Source: Longimicrobiales bacterium (lineage in GTDB: Bacteria > Gemmatimonadota > Gemmatimonadetes > Longimicrobiales > Gaopeijiaceae). Taken from it: a stretch of 64,000 bases of DNA. How positions within the stretch are numbered: position 1 is the stretch's first letter; every line of letters begins with the position of its first letter. Under the pieces are notes generated by a model. That model worked only from the letters and a program-made list of their open reading frames with translations, was not told the DNA's origin and ran no database searches. Shown in pieces: positions 33,990 to 42,185 of the stretch. The position numbers and the translations under genes were made by a program. The DNA is taken from positions 77,496 to 141,495 of the forward strand of contig CBDEGT010000002.1 of NCBI GenBank assembly GCA_965237965.1, read 5' to 3'.

Positions 33990-35925
33990 ATGTCGAGCTT
34001 CTTGGCGCATGAGATCCGCGTACTCGTCGCCGCCCTCGGCATCGTCCTCTGCACGTCCGACGCTGTCGCTGCGCAGACCAACGGACGGGACGGCAGCGCG
34101 CCCTCCGCGCCCGCCGTCCGGATCGGTGACGAGCCGGTCATCGACGGCTCCCTCTCGGACCCGGCCTGGGAGGGGCTTCCCGTACTGACCGACTTCGTCC
34201 AGCGCATCCCGCGGGACGGGGAACCGGCCACACTGAGAACTGAGGTGCGGATCGGGCACGACGAAGCGGCGCTCTACGTGGGCGTGCGCGCGCACGACGA
34301 CCAGCCGTCTCTGATCGTCCCGGGCGAGGCGATCCGAGATTACGACCTCGCCCAGTCCGACACGGTCATGCTGATCTTCGACACGTACAAGGATGGAGTG
34401 AACGGCTTCGCGTTCGGCACGAACCCGGCCGGAATCGAGTACGATGGCCAGGTGGTGGACCAGGGCTCAGGAACCGGCGGGCTCCGCGGCTCGCTCGGAA
34501 CCGGGGGCGGTGGTGGCGCTGGGCGCCAGCAGGGCGGCTCGGGCGGTGGCTTCAACCTGAATTGGGACGGCAACTGGGAGGTGGCGACCGGCCGCGACGC
34601 GCAGGGCTGGAGCGCCGAATTCCGGATCCCCTTTTCGACGCTGCGCTACCGCGCCGGTGGACGGCAGGACTGGGGCCTCAACGTGCTGCGACGAGTACGC
34701 CGGGTGAATGAGGAATCGTCTTGGTCGGCGATCCCGCGCGAGTTCGACTTCAACCGCGTGAGCGAGGCGGGCACCCTGACCGGCCTCGAGCCGCCGGCAG
34801 TCCGGTCGGTCCAGCTCACGCCGTACGTACTCGGCTCCTCCGCGCGGAACTATGCGCTCGACGACCCCGGGTTCGACGAGAACGGCGAGGTGGGCGGCGA
34901 CGCCAAGGTGCAGATCACGCAGGGCCTCACCCTCGACCTCACTTACAACACCGATTTCGCGCAGGTTGAGGTGGACGACGTCCAGACCAACCTGACACGC
35001 TTCAGCATCCAGTTCCCGGAGAAGCGCCCGTTCTTCCTCGAGAACTCCGGGATGTTCTCCTTGGGGGGCCGCGGGGCAGACCTCTTCTTCAGCCGCCGCA
35101 TCGGGATCGCGCGCAACCTGAACCGGGTGCCCATACAGGGGGGTGGCCGGCTCTCGGGCAAGACGGCCGGGCTCAACGTCGGCCTGCTCCACATCCGCAC
35201 CCAGGAGCTGGACAGCGTCCAGAGCGGGCAAGCCTACTCTGTGGTTCGGCTCGCGCGCGAGCTGGGCAATCGTACCAGCATCGGAGGCGCGTTCCTGCAG
35301 CGGGACGGGCTGGAGGAGACTGACGACTACAACCGCACCTACGCTGTGGACGGGCAGCTGGGGATCGGCACCGCGTGGAACCTCAACGCCCTCGTGGCCC
35401 GCACCGAGACGCCTGGAATGGAAGGCCGGGACTACATGTTCAATGCAGGCGGCAGCTACAGCAGCCGCAACCTGAATCTCAACGGCAGCTTCAGCGAAGT
35501 CGGTGAGGACTTCAATCCCGAGGTTGGCTTCCTTCAGCGCTCCGGCTATCGATCGTTTGGCGGACGCGCGGTGATCTTCATCCGTCCGACGGATCTGTTC
35601 GGGCTACGTGAGCTCAGGCCGCACGTCAGGTTCAGCACCACGCGCGATCTCGAGACCGGTTTCGAGGAAACCTCGCAGGTCCACCTCGACCACCACTTCG
35701 AGTGGGACTCGGGGATGTTCTTCAGCCCCGCCTTCAACTGGAATCGCGAGGGGCTCGAGGAAGCTTTCTCAATCTCCGACAGCGTGATCGTGGCGCCAGG
35801 CACCTACGACGGCTGGGAGATGAGTTGGCATTTCTACACGAACCCATCGGCACCAGTCTCATTCGAGGCCCGCTTCACCAACGGCGCCTTCCTCTCGGGA
35901 AACCGGCGCGGATACTCTCGTCCAG
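33990..35925 (+). pseudogene. DUF5916/CBM9-like exported protein (carbohydrate-binding family 9 N-domain + beta-barrel), C-terminus truncated by IS110-like remnant
   Basis: Signal peptide. ..DGSLSDPAWEGLPVLTDFVQRIPRDGEPAT..NWDGNWEVATGRDAQGWSAEFRIPFSTLRY.. ORF runs out of family into the IS110-like sequence at ~35925. Confidence 0.55.
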
Positions 35926-36180
35926 GCCGCCTGGCACTACAGGATGCGACCCGCCGTGGGCAAGCAGCTCGAGAAGCGACAGCGCGGCCAACCGCCCGCC
36001 GTCATCGCCCATGCCTGGAAGTCCCAGCACCGGCTCCACAAGCTCTACCACCGCATCGCGGTCCGGAAATCGGCCCAGGTCGCTGTCGTCGCCGTCGCCC
36101 GCGAACTCGTCGGCTTCATGTGGGCCGTCATGCGTGAGCTCGAAATCGAACAGGCGACCGCGCTCGACGCGGCCGCGTAA
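35922..36180 (+). mobile_element. IS110-family 3'-terminal remnant (encodes ..AHAWKSQHRLHKLYHRIAVRKSAQVAVVAVARELVGFMWAVMRELEIEQATALDAAA*)
   Basis: C-terminal IS110 transposase signature. About 90% nucleotide identity to 11030..11200. Confidence 0.55.
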
Positions 36181-36265
36181 CCCAGACCAAGAGGACCCGA
36201 GGCACGATAGGAGGACGCTCGACCTAACTATTGGGGATTATATACCCTAGTGCCCAAGCCTTTCC

Positions 36266-36409
36266 TTACTTAGAGGGCTTGGGCGGGCTGTAGTCGATGA
36301 CGGACCGCAGGAGTTTGTCCGGTGTGGTCGGAATACTCACGTCAGCTTCTAGCTCGACTTTCGTCGGCTGGTAGGTTGAGGGCTTTTCGGGTTTCTTGGA
36401 CTTCTTCAT
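36266..36409 (-). CDS. small Lys/Pro-rich hypothetical protein (passenger)
   Basis: MKKSKKPEKPSTYQPTKVELEADVSIPTTPDKLLRSVIDYSPPKPSK. No homology recognised. Confidence 0.3.
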   Translation of the reverse strand: MKKSKKPEKPSTYQPTKVELEADVSIPTTPDKLLRSVIDYSPPKPSK

Positions 36410-36455
36410 GAGCGTCTCTCTCCAGCTTAGAACGGCAGTGATGATTCGGCGACCC

Positions 36456-37201
36456 CTACCGCGACCAAACGTTGTTGTCGTACTGTCGTCTCGAGTCATC
36501 GTTCACCCATTGCACGTAGGGACTCGAGTTCCAGTAACCGGTGTCGAGTACCCGAGCTATTGGCATCACCATTATTGACTTAGCACCCATATTTGCTAGT
36601 GCTCCAGCGGCACTGATGGCGGTCCCACCCGTGACCCATGTGTCCTCAACCAGGAGGACTCGCTCCCCGTCCGCACTCTCGCCGTCGCTGACGAAGCACT
36701 GGGGGCAGTAGGAGCCGCGGGTAGCAACCATGTCATCGTGGGGTTGGTACTCCAGCAACGGGACGAGCTTTTCCCGTAACGGTACCATCATCGCGAGTGC
36801 CTGCCGAAGCGGTTGGTCCATGAAGCTCCTTCCGCGCTTTGATGGTACGGGCGTCACTACTGTCACTTCCCCGCCTAGAAGTGCTTCGATATCTTCCCTG
36901 TTGGAGGCCAAGAACATCCACAGGACAGACACGAGTTGAGCTCGGTACTCCGGATGTCCGGCCTTGTAGTTCGCCATCTTGTTGTACCAAGCGCCAGGCC
37001 GCAGCGCGATGCTCACCGGAACAACTGATTGTAGCGTGTCCGCGGTGCCCCAGTACCACACAATCGTGTACAGGCTGGACAGTAGTTGTATCTATCGCCC
37101 TTCGGTCCCAAGCAACCTGGGCAAACCCAAGATTCAGCAACTGGCGCTACTTGTCTAAGATCTTGGACCACCGCTTGGAAGAATTCACAGACACTAGCCA
37201 C
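36456..37201 (-). pseudogene. ComF/ShosT-like phosphoribosyltransferase-domain protein (N-terminal CxxC..CxxC zinc ribbon + type I PRTase), frameshifted between the two parts
   Basis: Frame 1 (37013..37201): ..WVCPGCLGPKGDRYNYCPACTRLCG. Frame 2 (36456..37061): ..VTVVTPVPSKRGRSF..ERVLLVEDTWVTGGTAISAAGAL (PRPP-binding loop). Confidence 0.6.
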
Positions 37202-37209
37202 CCAAGCTG

Positions 37210-38161
37210 CTACGCGGTCAGGCTCAGTTCTGGTTCATTCTGAGCCTCGAGTCTCTCAAGGATTTCATTTGTTGACCCGACCTCAATCGCCACCGCCCCG
37301 TATGCTCCGTCCTCGACGTACTCCCTCGCCCACTCATACGACTCCACAAGGGATTTGAGTAGAAAGACCGCCCGTCCATGCTGCATCGCGACTCGGGCCT
37401 GCATTCGGGCTCCAGAGGTTTTACTCGCCTCGACCACGACGGTTGTGAGTGAAAGCCCAGACATCACGACATTACGCATGGGGAACGTCCAACGACGCGG
37501 GGTTTGGTGGGGAAAAAACTGACTCAATAGCGCCCCACCAGCATCCACGATTCGCGTGGCGAGTTTCCTGTTTACGGACGGATAGCAATGATCCAGGCCG
37601 GTTCCCATGACGGCGACCGTCCGACCGCCGGCCTCAAGTGTACTAGTGTGAACAGCCGTGTCGATACCGGCGGCCAACCCCGAGTTGATCGTAAACCCCG
37701 CTTCGGCTAGTTCAGACGCGAGAAGAGTTGCCCTCTTCAGCCCCGCGTCGGTCGCGTTCCTCGTGCCGACGATCGCAATAGACCTCGAGTCCATCTGCTC
37801 CCTCCAACTACCCTGCAGAAAGACTATTGGGGGGCGATCGAAGATTGAGTGAAGGTTATGGGTAGCATGGGTCTAGCACTGACCGAACGTCGATTCCTCG
37901 CTCGAGCCAGTCGTCGACGGCTATACGAGCTTCGTCGAGCTCATCAGAGGAAACGGTTCCTGCCAACCCACAATTAACCTCCGGGGTGCTGAACAGCACG
38001 TCATCCAGCGTCAGTTGGATGAGTTCCACAGCTGAGCCCACAAGGTCTATCAGCGTCGCGAGCTGGTCAACCCTGACTGGCTTTATTGCGGCTCTAATTA
38101 GAGCCGCAATAGCAGTTAGCTCGTCGCGGCGGTCGCCAGGGCTCAGATCCTTGAGGTCCAA
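37210..38161 (-). pseudogene. DprA/Smf-family (DNA-processing protein A-like, Rossmann/SLOG) protein, split by a frameshift in the linker
   Basis: N-part ..AVDDWLERGIDVRSVLDPCYP*. C-part frame reads ..NLHSIFDRPPIVFLQGSWREQMDSRSIAIVGTRNATDAGL..NSGLAAGIDTAVH.. The two frames overlap at 37856..37875. Confidence 0.65.
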
Positions 38162-38215
38162 GGCCGTTTTTCCGTTGAGGGGGTTGAGCGGGTGGCGTAA
38201 AACTCGTCTGGTACA

Positions 38216-39187
38216 TCACGCAACCAAGTCCTGATAGCGGAGCCGCTTACCGTCCAGGCCCCGGACCATTGCGGTCATCTGGTCTAGTGTGTCCTGATTA
38301 CGCTGGTTGTGGCGACCAGCGAACTCACCCACATAGCGGTCCAAGTGGGCGGCGGACATCTGGTGGTAGGTGCCGTGGTAGCCACGCTTGAGCATCGACC
38401 AGAAGGATTCGATACCGTTGGTGTGGGCCATCCCGTTCACATACTGACCGACACCATGTTGGACAGTTTCGTGAAAAGTCAAGCCCGTATAGGCCCTGTA
38501 TTCGTCGGTGTAGACGGTCGCTTCTGGCCTAGAGTGTTTCCGGACAAAGCCTTGCAGGGTTGTTGCGTCGGTGGATTCGACCACCTGAGCAACGACGGTA
38601 TTGGTCTCCCGGTCCTTGGCTCCCACGACCGCCGTCTTGCCCACGGGGCCACGGCCAGCCCGTAGCTTCTTGCTTGAGTGCTTGTTCCGCTCCTTGCCTC
38701 CTACGTAGGTCTCGTCCACTTCCACCGGCCCGACGAACGCGCCGGTGGACTCCCACGCTTCACGGAGACGGTGCGCTAGGTACCACGCGGTCTTCTGCGT
38801 GACCTTCAGGTCGCGGTGGAGCTTCATGCTCGACACGCCCTTCAGGTTCGTGGCCAACAGGTAGATGGCGATCACCCACTTCTGGAACCCTATGTTTGAG
38901 CCCTGTAGCGCGGTTCCCGTGCGGGCGCTGAACCGCCTCCGGCAATCGCGGCACCGGTAGGGCATGGTCTTGTGTTTCGCGCCTACCTGGACGTTCAGGG
39001 AGCCGCAAGGTGAGGGGCAAGCGATCCCATCCGGCCAACGCGCTTTGACGAACCATACTTCGGCTGACTCATCGTCAGGAAACAGATCGAGCAAATCGAT
39101 AAGCGCGAGGCCTTCGCGGTAGTGCTTTCCAGGTGCTCTCCGTGCCATTGAATCCTCTCTCGTTGGGCTGATTAATAATAGTGCCAA
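38216..39187 (-). CDS. IS1595 family transposase (N-terminal zinc ribbon + DDE_Tnp_IS1595)
   Basis: ..WPDGIACPSPCGSLNVQ..YRCRDCRRRFSARTGT..VEVDETYVGG..YTDEYRAYTGL..HTNGIESFWSMLKRG.. Confidence 0.85.
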   Translation of the reverse strand: MALLLISPTREDSMARRAPGKHYREGLALIDLLDLFPDDESAEVWFVKARWPDGIACPSPCGSLNVQVGAKHKTMPYRCRDCRRRFSARTGTALQGSNIGFQKWVIAIYLLATNLKGVSSMKLHRDLKVTQKTAWYLAHRLREAWESTGAFVGPVEVDETYVGGKERNKHSSKKLRAGRGPVGKTAVVGAKDRETNTVVAQVVESTDATTLQGFVRKHSRPEATVYTDEYRAYTGLTFHETVQHGVGQYVNGMAHTNGIESFWSMLKRGYHGTYHQMSAAHLDRYVGEFAGRHNQRNQDTLDQMTAMVRGLDGKRLRYQDLVA

Positions 39188-39409
39188 TCGGAGATAAAGT
39201 CAAGGGCCAATTGAGGTTAAATGGCGTCGCGGTCAAGGATTTACTGGCGGATTTACTGGCGGCGCTTGGGCACTAGGGTATATAATCCCCTAACTATTGG
39301 GTACGGCCCTCACGGGCCTCAATCCCAATCCATTAGTATTGAGCCAGCTCCAGACGAATCTGACTTCGTGCCGCGCTGGGTAGATACCTACCTAATCGGC
39401 GAATATTAG

Positions 39410-40221
39410 GGCCTGTTAACACTAAAGGCCCATTTGTATTATATTGGGGCTATGAAAATCACAGAGTCCCAATATCGTCGGATAGAGGCTTGCTTTCCAC
39501 GTCAGCGCGGCAATGTGAGCTTCTCCAATCTCGAAGTGCTTAACGCGATCCTGTATGTGGCCGAGCACGGCTGCAAGTGGCGCGGGTTGCCTGCGCGCTT
39601 CGGTAACTGGCATACGATCTACACCCGAATGAATCGCTGGGCCAGGGCAGGTGTGCTGGATCGTGTCTTTGCGGCCCTGCAGGACGAGCAGATCATCCGG
39701 ATCAAGATCGAAGCGCTGTCGCTCGACAGTACGATCGTCAAAGTGCACCCTGATGGCACCGGCGCGCTAAAAAAAACGGCCCGCAGGCCATCGGGAAGTC
39801 GCGTGGAGGCTGGACCACCAAGATTCATATGGTTGCCGCAGATGCTCGAACCGCGATAACCTTCTCGCTATCGCCAGGCCACAACCACGACGCACCCGAA
39901 GGACGCGAACTGCTACGCATGTTGAAGCCGGTACACTCCACTGTGTCGATGATCATGGACCGGGCCTACGAGGGGGCCGAAACACGGCAATTGGTGTTGG
40001 AGCTGGGGTTTACGCCGGTCGTGCCACCCAAACAGGGCCGTGTTAGCCCGTGGCAGTACGATCGAATCATGTATCGCCGTCGCAACGAAATAGAGCGGTT
40101 ATTTCGGCGACTCAAAGGCTTCAGAAGAATCTTCTCCCGCTTTGACAAGCTCGACGCGATGTTCACGGCCTTCATCCACTTTGCGCTCATCGTCGAGGCT
40201 CTCAGATAGTGTTAACAGGCC
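39410..40221 (+). mobile_element. IS427-group (IS5 family) element. IRs GGCCTGTTAACACTA / TAGTGTTAACAGGCC; inserted at a TAG/CTAG site 118 bp from the transposon TSD
   Basis: 15-bp perfect IRs at 39410..39424 and 40207..40221. Flanks ..atTAG|IS|CTAGtagg. Confidence 0.8.
39452..40209 (+). CDS. IS5/IS427 family transposase, orfA-orfB with programmed -1 frameshift at an A8 slippery tract
   Basis: MKITESQYRRIEACFPRQRG..LPARFGNWHTIYTRMNRWARAG.. A8 run at 39769..39776. orfB ..MDRAYEGAETRQLVLELGFTPVVPPK..ERLFRRLKGFRRIFSRFDKL.. Confidence 0.8.
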
Positions 40222-40295
40222 CTAGTAGGATCATCGTCGAAGCTGTCCTCGGGTCCTCTTCGCTATTTGAAACCCTTGCGCCAGCCCTTTCATAT

Positions 40296-40385
40296 TAGTT
40301 CGGCACCAGCCGCTTCAGCTCCTCGAAGAAGTTCTGGACGAGGACGAGCGGCTGCTCTGGTTCCGAACCGCGGGCGTTCCACCCG
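40296..40385 (-). repeat. kinase-3' module, copy 2 (..EPEQPLVLVQNFFEELKRLVPN*), downstream of NHL lipoprotein gene
   Basis: 45 of 47 bp identical to copy 1. Confidence 0.55.
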
Positions 40386-40566
40386 ACAGACCTGCGCCTC
40401 CTGCTGGGTTACGAAAGCCCTCAGGTCCATCTCTGCCGCTGGGCGGATCTCCCATCTCTGACGACCAAACGCCAAGAATTGAGCGGTTCCATCAAGTTAC
40501 GGGTCGCGGCCGTCAGCGAGGACCCCGTCGCCGCAAGTCAGGACCGGTGTTGCGCTGATTGAATCT

Positions 40567-41775
40567 CTATCGGCTAATCGAGTAGCCCAGGCTCCGACCC
40601 ACGAGCTTACTCGGATCGGCATTGGGCTTGGGCACGAACTTGTCCACGTGCCCGGTATCGAAGTTGACCACGTATACGTTGCCATCTTGGTCCACATCCA
40701 TCTGGTGCGGTCGTGCCATGGCTCCGGGTGCTCGGGTCAACTCGGACGTTCGCCACGTCTCCAGAGCTCCCGTTGGTCCGTACCCACCCCCCGTAAATCC
40801 GTACGTGCCCCAGCCGTACTGATACTCCCCGCTCGTGTTGAACTTCATGATCCGATTCAGCACCGCAGAGGTCACCCAGACCGCGTCGTTCACGTCGATG
40901 CTGACGTCGACAGGGAAGAAGATCTCGGGCCATTCCTCGACGTATTCACCGTTGTCCGTGAAGACCTGGACGCGGCTGTTACCACGGTCAGCAACGTAGA
41001 CGCGACCGCTGCGGTCAACGTCGACGCCGTGGACGAGGTCGAACTGCCCGGGGCCGCTCCCGAGCTCGCCCCACTCCATCATGTACTCGCCGTCCGCATT
41101 GTACTTGACGATGCGCGAGTTCGTGTACCCGTCGGCGAGGAGAAAGCTACCGTCCGGGAGAAAGGCCAGTGACGCGTTCTGGCCAAAGTCGAACGGGCCC
41201 GGGTTCTTGTTCGCCCGCTGCTCTTCCCGGGTCTGGACAGGGTTCGGGTCCCTGAGCTGCATCACCAACTCGCTTCCGTCGTTCGTGAACTTCAGGACCT
41301 GCTCATGGACTCCGTTGCCCCCCCGCTCGACGACCCAGACGTGACGCTCCGGATCGTAGGGACTGATATAGATCGCATGCGGTCGGTTGAACAGCGAATC
41401 CCACTGCGACCACCGCTCGATGATGTTCCCGTCCCCATCGGCAACCACTACGTAGTTCGTGCCGCCAGGCCTTTCCGCCGACCCTCCGCTCGCGCCATAA
41501 ACAGGCGGAAACTCCCTGTCTCCCCACAACCCGATGATGATCCGGTCGGGGGTGTCCGCCGCAATAGCCGCCCCCTGTCCCCACGTCCAGGTCTCATCAT
41601 GATCCGGCGCCGCCTTCCACCAGCCCGGCACGGCGTCGTACTCCCCCGTCCTTTCGTCCCCACCCTTCTGGGCCACCCGCTGCGCCGTAGTACTCTCGCT
41701 CTCCATAGCGCAACTGGACAACACAACCACGCCACCGGTGACGAAAAGGGCCAGGACAACGGCTAACATTCGCAT
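40567..41775 (-). CDS. NHL-repeat (six-bladed beta-propeller) lipoprotein
   Basis: Lipoprotein signal MRMLAVVLALFVTGGVVVLSSC. Repeated ..DGNIYVADxGNxRVQ.. blades (NHL pattern). Confidence 0.7.
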   Translation of the reverse strand: MRMLAVVLALFVTGGVVVLSSCAMESESTTAQRVAQKGGDERTGEYDAVPGWWKAAPDHDETWTWGQGAAIAADTPDRIIIGLWGDREFPPVYGASGGSAERPGGTNYVVVADGDGNIIERWSQWDSLFNRPHAIYISPYDPERHVWVVERGGNGVHEQVLKFTNDGSELVMQLRDPNPVQTREEQRANKNPGPFDFGQNASLAFLPDGSFLLADGYTNSRIVKYNADGEYMMEWGELGSGPGQFDLVHGVDVDRSGRVYVADRGNSRVQVFTDNGEYVEEWPEIFFPVDVSIDVNDAVWVTSAVLNRIMKFNTSGEYQYGWGTYGFTGGGYGPTGALETWRTSELTRAPGAMARPHQMDVDQDGNVYVVNFDTGHVDKFVPKPNADPSKLVGRSLGYSISR

Positions 41776-42076
41776 GATGCCTTTCCTTCCTTAGCAGGGA
41801 GCCTCAATGGACAGCCCACATGTGAGCACGATCCGGTGTCACCTGGCGATGAGCCGGCCAGCCCTCCCCTTCCCGTGAGACGTTCGGTGTTCCCCGGGGG
41901 GGTGGGAACCAGGTTAGCAGAGGCGTTTCCTAGGTGTCAACAAGAGTTCCCCCAAAAAGTGCCAAGCGAGCTAAAGAGGGGGCGATTCCCCGCTAGTGTA
42001 TAACGGCTTCGCTGGTTCATCACCCTAAGCAGGTTCACTAGCTATGTGAAGAACCCCCCTAGATTCCGACACTTCA

Positions 42077-42140
42077 GCGAAACCCCGGAAGCGGCGCCTT
42101 CAGCTCCTCGAAGAAGTTCAGGACGACGATCATCCCCTTG
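42077..42140 (-). repeat. kinase-3' module, copy 3 (diverged: ..MIVVLNFFEELKAPLPGFR*), downstream of metalloprotease gene
   Basis: Core cttcagctcctcgaagaagttc is shared with copies 1 and 2. Confidence 0.5.
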
Positions 42141-42185
42141 GCGCCCCCAGCCCCCTTCTATCTATTGGACACGGGCTCGTGCGTG

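Larger units (their letters stand above)
36233..39290 (-). mobile_element. IS1595-family transposon (3058 bp) with three passenger ORFs. 27-bp perfect terminal IRs GGGGATTATATACCCTAGTGCCCAAGC, 8-bp TSD TAACTATT
   Basis: IRs at 36233..36259 and 39264..39290. TAACTATT at 36225..36232 and 39291..39298. No internal IR between the transposase and passenger genes. Confidence 0.75.

Noticed and set aside
33428-34012. 194-aa plus-strand ORF spanning kinase-5' module copy F
   Set aside because: Reads through a repeat that is coding-like on the opposite strand. No homology. Overlaps the start of the DUF5916-like gene.
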